From: an uncultured Succiniclasticum sp.
GTDB taxonomy: Bacteria; Bacillota; Negativicutes; Acidaminococcales; Acidaminococcaceae
Reading direction: 5' to 3'
NCBI GenBank assembly: GCA_900544275.1
Contig: UQUU01000006.1
Span: 40,742 to 104,741, forward strand
DNA length: 64,000 nt
Part shown: positions 8,840-19,149 of the stretch, piece by piece
Layout of the letters: every line of letters starts with the position of its first letter
Numbering within the stretch: the first letter of the stretch is position 1
Notes under the pieces: generated by a model
Told to the model about the DNA's origin: nothing
Database searches by the model: none
What the model saw: only the letters and a program-made list of their open reading frames with translations
Made by a program: the position numbers and the translations under genes

Positions 8840-10525
8840 TCAAACCAGCCGTCCTTCACATTTGTCAAGTCCGGCCCGGGTAATTTCTACCGTGACTACC
8901 TTACCGCACAAAGCAACCTCGCCGGGGAACTCTACACGAATATAATTCTCACTGAGGCCTTCTACCCGGGTTACCGTTTTCTTCTGTACCTGTCCCTTAT
9001 CGTCGGCGGTCCTTTCCTTCGCATCATTCCCGGCAGTCTGTGCCGGTTCCAGCACTTTTCTGCCATCTGCTATCCGATCCGACGCCTCTCCTGCAGCAGT
9101 AAATTCAGATCCTACGCTACGCTCCTGTGCGTTGGCAACGGCAGTCGTTGAATCAGCCTGATTCGTCACCACCTGCTCTACCAACACCTGTACCTTACGT
9201 CCTACATTTTGTTCAAAATACGCTTGCTGTAAGGCAGCGTCCAAGACCGCCATTTTTTCCGCCCGCTGATGTTTTACACTTTCCGGAATCTGATCCTTCC
9301 GCGCCGCGGCCGGCGTTCCCTTGCGCATGGAATACGGGAAAATATGGATCTTGGCGAACCCACATTGCCGGGCAAACTCATAGGTCGCCTGGAAATCTTC
9401 TTCCGTCTCGCCCGGAAAACCTACAATAATATCCGTAGTAACCGCCACACCCGGTACTTTGCCGCGGATCATAGACAATAACGCGGCAAAACGTGCTGTA
9501 TCATACGGTCTGTGCATATCCCGCAAAATCTTGTCACAGCCGCTTTGCAAGGGTAAATGCAGATGAGGGCAAAGACGGGGTTCCCGAGCCATCATCTCCA
9601 GCAGCCGTTCTTCCACCTCCACCGACTCCAACGAACCTAAGCGCAGCCGATGCAGCTCCGGCACCGCTAAAGCCGCTTCTACCGCATCATATAACGTGGT
9701 GCCATCGGTGCGTTCTTTCCCATAACAGCCCAGATGAATGCCGATCAGCACCACTTCTTCGTAGCCCTGCGCCGTCAGCCGTTCCACTTCACTGCGGATG
9801 CCAGACAGACTGCGGGAACGCAAAGGCCCCCGGGCATAGGGAATGATGCAAAAAGAGCAATACTGATTACAGCCCTCCTGAATTTTCAGATAGGCCCGCG
9901 TTTTATCCTCCTCATTTCCCCCGGCCATTTCTTCAAAACAAGTATGTACCGCCCAGGGGCGCACCTCATCATCTATCTCAGTTTCTATATAGCCACCTTC
10001 TGCTGAATTGATTGTCAAAGCAACTTTTTGATTCGCTTCCACCAAAGCCGGAGCTCCATCTTTTGCATATACCTGCCCTTTAGTTGCTTTATTCTTGTAT
10101 GGGGGTACTTGATCTTTACAAGAGCTTAAACCCGCCCCCACGAACAAGTCCTCACCTTTTTCCTGTTCTCTTTGCCGCTTCCGCGCCGCTGCGGCTTCTA
10201 CCAGTGTCACCACTTTAGCCCGGTCCTGCGTGCCGATCAAGAGGTCAACCCCCTGAATCGTCTTAACTTCCTCTGCCGCCGTCTGCGGATAACAGCCGGC
10301 CACCACCACAAGTGCCGCCGGATTGCGGCGGATCGCCCGGCGAATCATCTGCCGTGATTTTTGCTGGCCCGCATTGGTCACTACGCAGGTATTGACCAAA
10401 TACACATCCGCAATCTCATTAAAATCACAGACCTCATACCCCGCCTCGCGAAACAGCATCTGCATGCTGGCGGTATCCGCCTGATTTACTTTACAGCCTA
10501 ATGTCATAAAGGCAATTTTGCTCAT
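8840..10525 (-). CDS. mtaB: tRNA t6A37 methylthiotransferase MtaB (radical SAM MTTase with TRAM domain)
   Basis: N-terminal MTTase domain (MTLGCKVNQ), radical-SAM CxxxCxxC (CNQYCSFC) and a C-terminal TRAM domain. It carries two lineage-specific insertions, giving 561 aa. Confidence 0.85.
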   Translation of the reverse strand: MSKIAFMTLGCKVNQADTASMQMLFREAGYEVCDFNEIADVYLVNTCVVTNAGQQKSRQMIRRAIRRNPAALVVVAGCYPQTAAEEVKTIQGVDLLIGTQDRAKVVTLVEAAAARKRQREQEKGEDLFVGAGLSSCKDQVPPYKNKATKGQVYAKDGAPALVEANQKVALTINSAEGGYIETEIDDEVRPWAVHTCFEEMAGGNEEDKTRAYLKIQEGCNQYCSFCIIPYARGPLRSRSLSGIRSEVERLTAQGYEEVVLIGIHLGCYGKERTDGTTLYDAVEAALAVPELHRLRLGSLESVEVEERLLEMMAREPRLCPHLHLPLQSGCDKILRDMHRPYDTARFAALLSMIRGKVPGVAVTTDIIVGFPGETEEDFQATYEFARQCGFAKIHIFPYSMRKGTPAAARKDQIPESVKHQRAEKMAVLDAALQQAYFEQNVGRKVQVLVEQVVTNQADSTTAVANAQERSVGSEFTAAGEASDRIADGRKVLEPAQTAGNDAKERTADDKGQVQKKTVTRVEGLSENYIRVEFPGEVALCGKVVTVEITRAGLDKCEGRLV

Positions 10526-10586
10526 AAACTCTCTGTCACTCCTGCTTCATAATCGTAACGTAGTGGGAACCAACTCCCATGGCGCA

Positions 10587-11552
10587 TCAGTCTCTTGCTG
10601 TTTCGTCCTGCCCCTGTTTCCTGATGGTCAGTCCCACCCAATCTTCTATCTGTGTTACCTTCGTTACCTTAAGGCCTACACGAGCCGCGGCCTGCGTCAC
10701 ATCTTCCCGGTACGCCTCAATAATCCCGCTGGCGAAAAACACCCCGCCGTCTTTTAATTTCGGCGGAATATCCGGCAACAGCATAAGGATCACATCGGCC
10801 AAAATATTGGCCACGATCAGATCCGCCCGCCCCTTTGTACCATGGAGCAGATCACCCTGACGCACCTCGATACAGTCGCTGAGACCCATTTTAGCCACAT
10901 TCTGCCGGGCGGTACGTACCGCAACCCCGTCAATATCTACCGCCTTGATCTGCGCTGCGCCCAGTTTCGCAGCGGCCATGGATAAAATACCACTGCCACA
11001 GCCCACATCAAACACAGTAGCTTCCGGAAAAATCAAGTCTTCCATCGCTTCCAGGCATAAACAGGTCGTAGGATGCGTTCCTGTACCAAAAGCCATGCCC
11101 GGATCCAATTCCAGTACCACATCATCGGATCGTTCTTCGTATTCTTCCCAGGAAGGACGGATCACCAGGTGCTTGCCCACCCGCGTTACATGAAAATACT
11201 GTTTCCATTCATTGGCCCAGTCCTTTTCACTGACCTTGCGGAACAGCACAGGCCCAAAACGAAACTTGCCGATCCGCGTCTCCACCAAGGCCAGTTCCTG
11301 ATCAATGCGCTGCAGTCGCCCTGCCAATTCCTCATCTTCCGGATAATAGGCCGATACAGTAACAATTTCCGGGTCAACATTGTCAGGCAGCGGATCGCAT
11401 AATTCCCAGCTGCATTGACTCCGCACCTCTTCCCATAACCGGGGATCGTTGATCACCACACCGTTACGGGCGCCGGCTTCCCGTAGAATTTCCGCCGTTG
11501 CCTCTACCGCCGCATGATTTACTTTAACGCTGACTTCCAGCCATTCATCCAT
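10587..11552 (-). CDS. prmA: Ribosomal protein L11 methyltransferase
   Basis: PrmA family with the SAM-binding motif DVGCGSGILS. Confidence 0.9.
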   Translation of the reverse strand: MDEWLEVSVKVNHAAVEATAEILREAGARNGVVINDPRLWEEVRSQCSWELCDPLPDNVDPEIVTVSAYYPEDEELAGRLQRIDQELALVETRIGKFRFGPVLFRKVSEKDWANEWKQYFHVTRVGKHLVIRPSWEEYEERSDDVVLELDPGMAFGTGTHPTTCLCLEAMEDLIFPEATVFDVGCGSGILSMAAAKLGAAQIKAVDIDGVAVRTARQNVAKMGLSDCIEVRQGDLLHGTKGRADLIVANILADVILMLLPDIPPKLKDGGVFFASGIIEAYREDVTQAAARVGLKVTKVTQIEDWVGLTIRKQGQDETARD

Positions 11553-11566
11553 AACCGACCTCCACT

Positions 11567-12313
11567 TTATCTACCCTCACCGGGCCCCAGATTATCCGTT
11601 TCGTATAAAATCGCGGCGGCGACCACAAGACCTGCGGTCTCTGTCCGCAAGATCCGACGGCCAAGACTTACGGAAACACCGCCTGCCGCTGTCACAACAG
11701 CAATTTCCTCATTCGTCAGACCGCCTTCCGGACCAATCACCACGCTGATCCGTCGAGCTTTTTTATGCGCCTGCAACACGGCCTTAAGTCCCACCTGATT
11801 TTCACTTTCATACGCCGCCAAAAGCAGCTCCGGCTCTGCCTCCGCGATTGCCTCCGCTAACGGCATCACCGGATGGACCAACGGCACAATATCCCTTTTA
11901 CTTTGCTTCGCCGCCGCTTCCGCAATTTTAGCCCACCGCTCTGTTTTTTTCGCAGCCCGAGCTGCATCCAGGACCACAACCGAATGGGTCAACGCAACCG
12001 GATAAATGTCGGTCACGCCAATTTCCACAGCCTTTTGGACTACTGTATCCATTTTATCGCCCTTAGCCAAGCCCTGCAACAAAGAAATCTGCACTGTCGG
12101 TTCGCCGCTTTCCCGCAAAATTTCTATGACGCGAACAGTCACCTGATTCTCGCCCAGCCTGACGACTTCTCCTATAAAACTGATCCCATCATCCGACACG
12201 ACCTGCAATTTACTCCCCGGCTGCATACGCAGCACATCGATAATATGATGGGCATCCAAACCGGTTATATCCATTTCCTGCGCAAAGGGCTGTGCGATAA
12301 AAAAACGGTGCAT
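11567..12313 (-). CDS. rsmE: 16S rRNA (uracil1498-N3)-methyltransferase
   Basis: RsmE/YqeU family. Found in the conserved prmA/rsmE/mtaB neighbourhood. Confidence 0.85.
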   Translation of the reverse strand: MHRFFIAQPFAQEMDITGLDAHHIIDVLRMQPGSKLQVVSDDGISFIGEVVRLGENQVTVRVIEILRESGEPTVQISLLQGLAKGDKMDTVVQKAVEIGVTDIYPVALTHSVVVLDAARAAKKTERWAKIAEAAAKQSKRDIVPLVHPVMPLAEAIAEAEPELLLAAYESENQVGLKAVLQAHKKARRISVVIGPEGGLTNEEIAVVTAAGGVSVSLGRRILRTETAGLVVAAAILYETDNLGPGEGR

Positions 12314-12470
12314 AGGGAACCTCTTTCCTGTTTTATTGTTTTTTCTATTGTCTCTTTCCTATAATATCATCGTATGTAACTATCAGTGAATATCTTTGCA
12401 ATAACAGCATCGTGCGAAGACAACATCAATCACCATTTGCCAACGATTCACAATTTACTATATTGTTTAT

Positions 12471-12528
12471 TATACCATTTTTATTCTGCTGCAACAGTGA
12501 ACTTATGCGAAATATAGACACAAAAAAC
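12471..12528. repeat. About 58-bp segment homologous to the flank of the IS256-like element at 19109-19149, with a tataccattttta piece resembling a degraded IS256 inverted-repeat end
   Basis: aacagtgaacttatgcgaaatatagacacaaaaaac here versus aacagtaaacttatacgaaacacagacacaaaaaac at 19114-19149 (32 of 36 identical). Each copy is immediately followed by a terminator hairpin. Confidence 0.6.
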
Positions 12529-12552
12529 CGGCGCAGCCTGCGCCGGTTTTTT
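12522..12552. terminator. Bidirectional rho-independent terminator (A6-ccggcgca-gcc-tgcgccgg-T6)
   Basis: Perfect 8-bp GC-rich stem flanked by an A-run and a T-run. Lies between the decarboxylase gene and rsmE. Confidence 0.65.
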
Positions 12553-12665
12553 GTTCTTAGTATGTATCTCTTGTAATATCGCCTCTCACGGCGGATGCTC
12601 AGTCAACCGTTTTCCGATAAGGGTGTCTCACGTCCTTACCGCATTGAGAGGAGGACTACCTGAAA

Positions 12666-13799
12666 TTATTTACCCACAGGTCCAATCATAGCCAGCATGG
12701 TGCCTGCTGCTACAGCAGTACCGATAACGCCTGCTACGTTGGGGCCCATGGCATGCATCAGCAGGAAGTTGGAAGGATTGGCCTTCTGACCTACCACCTG
12801 CGATACACGGGCAGCCATCGGCACCGCCGATACGCCGGCAGAACCGATCAGCGGATTTACCTTACCGCCGGACGCAACCTTCATGATCTGTCCAAAGATC
12901 AGACCTAAAGCCGTACCGGCCGCAAAAGCAATCAAGCCGAGGCAGATGATCAGGATGGTCTGGTAATTCAGGAACTTATCAGCCTGCATGGTCAGGCCGG
13001 TACCTACAGACAGGAAAATCGTGACAATATTCATCATCGCATTCTGCGCCGTATCGCTTAAACGATCCAGGCAGCCGGCTTCTTTATACAGATTGCCCAA
13101 CATCAGCATACCAATCAAAGAGCATACCGGAGGCAACAGCAAAGAGATGAAAATCGTGGAGAAAATCGGGAATACGACACGTTCAAACTTGGTGACCGTA
13201 CGCAGCTGATCCATTTTAATGGAACGGTCTGCCTTGGATGTGCACAGCTGCATAATAGGCGGCTGGATCAGCGGTACCAAAGACATGTAAGAATACGCCG
13301 CTACAGCAATCGCCCCTAACAGATGAGGAGCCATCTTAATGGTCAGGTAAATAGCCGTCGGGCCGTCAGCGCCGCCAATGATGCCAATCGCAGCGGCTTC
13401 GCGCAGGTCAAAACCCAGCAGCATCGCGCCGATCAGGCAAACAAACACACCGCCCTGTGCTGCTGCACCCAGCAACAACGTCTTGGGATTCGCAATCAGC
13501 GGACCGAAGTCTGTCATTGCTCCTACACCTAAGAAAATCAACGGGGGGAATACTTCGTTGTGAATACCAAACAAAATAACCTGCATTACACCAGGTTCCG
13601 TAAAGAAACCGGTTTTGGGAACGTTGCCCAACAAGCAGCCAAACGCAATGTTGGACAGCAGCAACGGCTCGAAGCCCTTGCCAATTGCCAGGTATAATAA
13701 AACCAGACCAACGAGAAGCATAATCGCATTGCCGCCGGTCAGACCCTGGAACCCTGAATCAGCCCATACAGACTGCAGGGAAACTATGAGTGCGTCCAT
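12666..13799 (-). CDS. Na+-translocating decarboxylase beta subunit (OadB/GcdB/MmdB family)
   Basis: Polytopic membrane protein of the OadB family. ATG at 13799 with a GGAGG RBS. It is standalone, with no alpha or gamma subunit genes adjacent. Confidence 0.8.
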   Translation of the reverse strand: MDALIVSLQSVWADSGFQGLTGGNAIMLLVGLVLLYLAIGKGFEPLLLSNIAFGCLLGNVPKTGFFTEPGVMQVILFGIHNEVFPPLIFLGVGAMTDFGPLIANPKTLLLGAAAQGGVFVCLIGAMLLGFDLREAAAIGIIGGADGPTAIYLTIKMAPHLLGAIAVAAYSYMSLVPLIQPPIMQLCTSKADRSIKMDQLRTVTKFERVVFPIFSTIFISLLLPPVCSLIGMLMLGNLYKEAGCLDRLSDTAQNAMMNIVTIFLSVGTGLTMQADKFLNYQTILIICLGLIAFAAGTALGLIFGQIMKVASGGKVNPLIGSAGVSAVPMAARVSQVVGQKANPSNFLLMHAMGPNVAGVIGTAVAAGTMLAMIGPVGK

Positions 13800-14189
13800 G
13801 AAAAATCCTCCATTCACTTAATATAATTAGGATATACAAAAAAGGTAATGAGACGGTTACCTTGATTGACATAGGAAAAGAACTGCAAGCCGCTTTCCGG
13901 GTCTATCTTTTGCAAAAAGCAAGTACTACTACTTTAGGACTATATTATTCATCTCTTCATTTTTATCATACTATTATACTACACCAGTAAATAAAATAAG
14001 TCAATAAAAAGATTTCAAAAAATCGGCTTAATCCCAACTATAATGCTTTATTGATACACGTTATCAGTTATTTCTCCTCTAATATTTCATTTTGATATAC
14101 ATAATTAGTATTACTACTTTATTATATCTAAAAGTTATATTTTACTCATTATTTAATAAATAGCAAATAAAAAATGAAAAATAACAAAC

Positions 14190-14236
14190 AAAAAAACAGA
14201 GTGTGTACCTTGTCAGGGATACTGCACTCTGTTTTC
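14190..14236 (-). terminator. Terminator downstream of adhesin 1, sharing the acaaaaaacagagtgtgtacc module with the terminator at 19143-19188
   Basis: Stem acagagtg...cactctgt with flanking A- and T-runs. Confidence 0.5.
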
Positions 14237-14377
14237 CAAATTTCAGCAAGAAACGATCAGGCTTACAACACCTTTTGTTCTACTGTTTCGTTAGATTGTT
14301 TCTTTTTTGCTTTGTTATGCCATTTTTTCTACTTCATTAACGAATACTGCTCCATCATGCGGCGGCAATCAAGGCTC

Positions 14378-17300
14378 TTACTTCTCTGCCAAAAGCTTCT
14401 CCAGCTTGGCATCCATCACTTTCATACGCTCCCACAACATCTCATTGTTTTTACGCAGCTCATCATTATCTCTACGTAACTCTACGTTGTCACTGCGCAA
14501 CGCGGTGTTATCCGCTTTCAGCTGTGCCACTTCCTTGACCAACTGCACTTTTGATGTAATGGCATGGGTCGGGCCTGTTTGTTTATCCAGCTTAAAGGTG
14601 ACGCCGGCATTAACCATGTTCTCACCGTTGCCAAAGGCTCCGCCGATGTTGAACATGGTCCGTTCGTCCGGGCGGTAGAAAGCACCCAAAGCCATGGAGT
14701 TCTGTCCTTTATAATGGCCCCAGCCCGCAGCCACGTCCAACTTGTCATCCGCATCAAAATCTACGGGATGCAAGGCAGCCAAAGCAGCAGCACCGGCACC
14801 CACCTTATCTACACGGCGGTCCACGTTATTCAGGCGATTAGAAATATGATTGATTTCCTTGCTGGTTTCTTCTTTTACTTTCTGCACCTGTCCAAAAGTA
14901 GCCGCATCCGTCTTGGATGTACCATCAGCCACATTATGAATCTGCTGGTTGTGCATATCCACATTGTTCTTAGTGATTACAGGCCCGTTATTAATGGTCA
15001 TCCCATCGTTGTTAATGGTGGTATCGCCGGCCTTTATCGTCTTAGTGGTCACGGTATCCTTGCCAATTACCGTTTCTCCTACGGTAATCTTTTCCTTTAC
15101 GGTTAACGTTTCCACTCCCGTGATGTTTTTAGCCAGTTTCACCTTTAACTCGCCGCTTTCGGATACTACCCCGATATTGTTATCCGTCAGCTCTGTAGCT
15201 CCGCCTTTAATAGCCAGCGTTTCGCCCAGTTTTTTATTGATGGCACTGCCTGAATCCCCGGCAAAATTAAGCCCCTTATTCACATCACCGGAAATAGTAT
15301 CCACTAACCCGCTTACATCAACACGATAATTCTTCGTTGCATCATTTTGCGTAAATTCGATTGTCTTAGTTGATGCATCATAGCTACCCCCAGTGGTATA
15401 GGTGTCCTTAGCTGAAATCGTATAGGTAGTCGTATGGGTATTCGTATCTTTCTTCACTGCTACAGTAACATTGTCACCACCGGACACTACCGTGTTTTCG
15501 ATTCCTAAGGCAGCTGTATCCACAGACAAGTTATAGCCCACTTTTTTGCCGTTTTCTACTTTATCCGTAATCTTGACAGTCCCATCTGCCGATGTCAACT
15601 GCGGCCCACTGACAGTATACTCCTTACCGCCTTTATTATTAGGTTTTTCTGTAACAGTCACATAGTCGCCGGCTACCACGGTGGTATGTTTTCCAGCCTC
15701 TCCGGCTGCGGTCGTAACAGTTTCCTGCAGCTTTTTCAGCTGTGCCACGTTGACAGCATCGGTGTCCTGTGTACCTGCCGCCACATTAGTAATCTGGCGG
15801 GTAATCGCCGAAGAGCCTGCCGCTCCGGTCGGAGTTGCCGCTTTACCTACAGAAACAGCGGCGGCCGTCGCTTTCCATGTTGCTGACGTATCCGCAGAAA
15901 CCGTATCGGTCGAAGGATCGTAGCCGGCAACCCCCTTATCAACAGAGGCAATAGAATCCGCACCAAGCGCTACGCCGCCATCTTTTTCTACATCCGTATT
16001 GTAGCCGAGCATCACCGCATTGCTTATGTTCGCCGTATGCGATTTAATCGGTACATTTTCCATCACCTTATATTTCTGTTCGAGAATAACATTGCCCGAA
16101 GCATCTTTCATCGTATACGTTTTCTCTACAGCCTTCTTTTCCGTGGCCATGGATCCAAGGATTACATTGTTTTTACCACCGTCCATATGGTGATAATCCC
16201 CAATCACTACATCAGCTGTACTGCCGGACATATTATTCCCGGTCCCCATCATAGATACACGTTCCACATTCCTGCCTGTATTCGCATATCCGTTAATCGT
16301 ATTATTGATACCGGGTGTATTTGCTGTACCTGTAAGGATATTTCCGGAACCGATGATCTGGGAATGGACGGCATAATCTGAAGTATTTCCGTTCCCCATG
16401 GTGACCACAGAACCGCCGCCGGTCGACATGGCCAGTCCCATCGCTTTCCTGATCTCATCATGACTAAACATTCCGTCTCCGCCGGCATATCCCTGTCCCC
16501 CAAATAATATGGCTTCACCCCAATGTTCGTTCATACTGTTTCCATTTTCATCGGTCGGCGCCGTCCCGAAAGAATGTGTAACGCTATTGCCCGCGCCGAA
16601 AACGAGTGCCCCATTGGCGCCTTCTGTTTTGTTCAGGGTACCGACGACGGTGTTTGCCATCCCATCATACTGATCCTCCGTATTTGACGACGCTACAGTA
16701 TTAAGACCGCCATAGACAGAAGCCAGATAGCCGTCAAAGCCGGAATCGCCTGCCTCCACAATGGATTTGATCCCTGTCACGGTCTCCTGCCAGCCATAAG
16801 CTTTTGCCCCATGGCCAAGAGCCACATTCATTCCGCCGCCGTCTCTGGTCCCGCTCTGGGCATGATACCCGACAACGACACTGGCATGTTTCTGCCCGAT
16901 ATCGGAATCAGCCTTTTCTTCCGGTGTCATGGAACCGATAACAACAGATTCTTTACTCGCCCCAACTTTCTGGTTATCCCCGATCACGATACCCGCGCCG
17001 GGATTGACCATTTCATTATTATTCCCGATGACGGTCAGGCTCTCATACCCTTTCATATAGGTATCGTTGCCTTCAATTTTATTTCCCTTGCCAATCACAA
17101 GGTCGGACACATTCTTCGTCCTTTCTTCCTGTTTCCCGGAAACCGTACCGGCATTTCTATCGGTAATCTTATTGCTGTCCCCGATAACGGTCTGGCCTTT
17201 GCTGTTTTCAACGGTATTCTCGGAGCCAATCACGGACACGTGTTCGGCCTTGGTTACGGTATTTTTGTAGCCATCAATCATGTTAAACTTACTAATAGCC

Positions 17301-18328
17301 CCAGATGTACCTTTCAACGTATTGTTCACACCAATAATTTGAGAAAGCTGGGTCCAATCCGCTGTATTTCCTCCGCCGATGGCAAGGGTGGCACCGCCGC
17401 TATTAGAATTTTTTACTGCTGTCATCAATGACTTCTGCAGCGCCTGTGCAGAATCTCCCCCAGTAGATGGAGCAGAAATAGAAGAAATGGAATTAGTAAT
17501 TTCATTTCCTGCGCCGAAGATGAGGGACCCGTTAGAATTAGCCGTTCTGTTCGCTGTACCGACGATGCTGTTCGCCACGCCAGAATACGCGGATGACGAA
17601 GTTGCCGATTCAATGCTGTTGAGAGAACCGTAGATATTAGCCCCCATGTTCTGTGTAACATAAGAAGACCAATTACTGCCATTATATTTCCCGGAAATAA
17701 TAGAATAGGTCCCGGTCACCGAAGAAAACGCTCCCTGATTATAGCTGTTCGCACCAAGGGTAGTAGCATTTATATTTACATTTCTCGACTTGACTTTCTG
17801 TACATCGGAGCCATCAATATCTACATCTCCAAGTCTTCCTATATATTTATGATCGCCAATCATGACGCTGCCGGATCGAGCATAAGTATTCTGCCCGATT
17901 GCCACACTGCTTGCCCATTTCTTTTCGTCTGACTGTCCGAATTTGAAGAACTTTTCCTGATTACCGTACATATTTTCAACAAAAGCATTCTTCCCAATAG
18001 CGATACTACCTTCCTGCATGACATAATCGTCAATCTGCGCGTGGTCACCGATAGCAATAGCACCATTAGTAGCTGCATTGTTTCTTAAACTAATATCATT
18101 CCCAATTTTGATATTCTGGTTGCCCACTTCCACAAATTTGTTCACACCATCAATGGCAGCAAACGCAGAGTAGGGAGCCAATAAAAATAATCCCACTACC
18201 CCTGCCATCACAAGAGTAGACAGACGATGTTTGCTGCTGGCACTCTTAGTATGATTCTTCGCCAGTTCAGATGCTACTACATAGCAGTTTTTTGCCTTGC
18301 TCCAAATAACTTTGTAGACTTTGTTCAT
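14378..18328 (-). CDS. Trimeric autotransporter adhesin (type Vc, YadA-like), TAA1
   Basis: Extended signal peptide MNKVYKVIWSKAKNCYVVASELAK, then repetitive head and neck repeats with several ...TRQITNVAAG..DTDAVNVAQLKKL connectors. YadA beta-barrel anchor at about 14585-14851 (VGAGAAALAAL..GENMVNAGVTFKLD). C-terminal 68-aa heptad/coiled-coil tail at 14381-14584 instead of an SLH domain. RBS AAGGAGAG. Confidence 0.85.
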   Translation of the reverse strand: MNKVYKVIWSKAKNCYVVASELAKNHTKSASSKHRLSTLVMAGVVGLFLLAPYSAFAAIDGVNKFVEVGNQNIKIGNDISLRNNAATNGAIAIGDHAQIDDYVMQEGSIAIGKNAFVENMYGNQEKFFKFGQSDEKKWASSVAIGQNTYARSGSVMIGDHKYIGRLGDVDIDGSDVQKVKSRNVNINATTLGANSYNQGAFSSVTGTYSIISGKYNGSNWSSYVTQNMGANIYGSLNSIESATSSSAYSGVANSIVGTANRTANSNGSLIFGAGNEITNSISSISAPSTGGDSAQALQKSLMTAVKNSNSGGATLAIGGGNTADWTQLSQIIGVNNTLKGTSGAISKFNMIDGYKNTVTKAEHVSVIGSENTVENSKGQTVIGDSNKITDRNAGTVSGKQEERTKNVSDLVIGKGNKIEGNDTYMKGYESLTVIGNNNEMVNPGAGIVIGDNQKVGASKESVVIGSMTPEEKADSDIGQKHASVVVGYHAQSGTRDGGGMNVALGHGAKAYGWQETVTGIKSIVEAGDSGFDGYLASVYGGLNTVASSNTEDQYDGMANTVVGTLNKTEGANGALVFGAGNSVTHSFGTAPTDENGNSMNEHWGEAILFGGQGYAGGDGMFSHDEIRKAMGLAMSTGGGSVVTMGNGNTSDYAVHSQIIGSGNILTGTANTPGINNTINGYANTGRNVERVSMMGTGNNMSGSTADVVIGDYHHMDGGKNNVILGSMATEKKAVEKTYTMKDASGNVILEQKYKVMENVPIKSHTANISNAVMLGYNTDVEKDGGVALGADSIASVDKGVAGYDPSTDTVSADTSATWKATAAAVSVGKAATPTGAAGSSAITRQITNVAAGTQDTDAVNVAQLKKLQETVTTAAGEAGKHTTVVAGDYVTVTEKPNNKGGKEYTVSGPQLTSADGTVKITDKVENGKKVGYNLSVDTAALGIENTVVSGGDNVTVAVKKDTNTHTTTYTISAKDTYTTGGSYDASTKTIEFTQNDATKNYRVDVSGLVDTISGDVNKGLNFAGDSGSAINKKLGETLAIKGGATELTDNNIGVVSESGELKVKLAKNITGVETLTVKEKITVGETVIGKDTVTTKTIKAGDTTINNDGMTINNGPVITKNNVDMHNQQIHNVADGTSKTDAATFGQVQKVKEETSKEINHISNRLNNVDRRVDKVGAGAAALAALHPVDFDADDKLDVAAGWGHYKGQNSMALGAFYRPDERTMFNIGGAFGNGENMVNAGVTFKLDKQTGPTHAITSKVQLVKEVAQLKADNTALRSDNVELRRDNDELRKNNEMLWERMKVMDAKLEKLLAEK

Positions 18329-18429
18329 AGCGTATTTCTCTCCTTTTCTAAACTGATTTATATCTCTATACGAATTGCTTTATTATAGACAATTATATTC
18401 CCGTTTCACAAGTGCGTCAACTTTTTCAA

Positions 18430-19108
18430 GTCAAGTCCAAATTTGTGTGTAAATTCCCTTCCGGTATAGAATTTATTATGCAACCAGCAGTTGGCGCTGT
18501 TGTTGCGCTACGTGAATCAGTGAAAGCCTGGTCCCCGAATTCATTAGTTTCTGGTAATTTCCCGGGCTAAATATCTTCCTCTTTGCCTGACAGGCGTTGT
18601 GGTGCTCCACCAATACAGAGCCCATAAGACGAATCACCGAGTCGCCGTTGGGGAAAATAGCAATCACTTTAGAACGACGTTTCAATTCCTTTCCTTCTCC
18701 ATGGTAGCACTGTGGAGCATCTCTTGTAACTCGACCTGCAAACCCGATTGGTCTCCCGTACTTTAAAGTAGGTTGCATCCCCCGTCACAAAAGGGCAGTA
18801 CTCGGTAAGAGCCCGATTTCGAAACGTTTCTACTTCCTTGTCCAGCTCTTTCCAAAGGCTGGATACCGCCGATTTAGATATACTGGTACCGCATACTGTT
18901 TAAAGCGTTTTGCCATAGGCTTTTGAAAGCTTCATTACGATCTTGTGCCAGTAACTGTAGAATTTCTTCCTGATTTAGTGTAATATTGAGTTGAGCCATT
19001 TTGCTTACCTCCAGTATTATGTTGGTGTGGTAATCTACAGTATACCAGAAGGTTGAGCAGATGACTCGTTTTGATTTTTTGAATTTACACCATTATACGG
19101 ACTTTATC
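18430..19108 (-). mobile_element. Internally deleted IS256-family (mutator-type) insertion sequence remnant
   Basis: The reverse complement of 19081-19108 reads gataaagtccgtataatggtgtaaattc, matching the IS256 terminal inverted repeat GATAAAGTCCGTATAATTGTGTAAAA from memory. A degenerate inverted copy lies at 18430-18456 (gtcaagtccaaatttgtgtgtaaattc). Between them sit transposase N- and C-terminal fragments only. Total length is about 680 bp versus about 1.3 kb for an intact element. Confidence 0.65.
18476..18999 (-). pseudogene. IS256-family transposase pseudogene
   Basis: N-terminal 41 codons (18874-18999, MAQLNITLNQEEILQLL..YQYI, with a GGAGGT RBS) and a C-terminal fragment (18476-18778, ..KVIAIFPNGDSVIRLMGSVLVEHH..). 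They are separated by stops and a frameshift, and the middle about 250 aa including the DDE region is absent. Confidence 0.6.
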
Positions 19109-19149
19109 GCCGTAACAGTAAACTTATACGAAACACAGACACAAAAAAC
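19109..19149. repeat. IS-flanking segment duplicated at 12489-12528
   Basis: See the feature at 12471-12528. It is directly followed by the adhesin 2 terminator. Confidence 0.6.

Noticed and set aside
12557-12665. 110-nt stretch between the decarboxylase stop and its terminator, with imperfect long-range pairing (cctctcacggcgg / ccgcattgagagg), as a possible 3'-UTR sRNA
   Set aside because: Pairing is imperfect, and nothing distinguishes it from an ordinary 3' UTR without expression data.
14564-15106. 180-aa ORF on the + strand overlapping the TAA1 3' region
   Set aside because: Antisense to the YadA anchor and coiled-coil coding region. No independent support.
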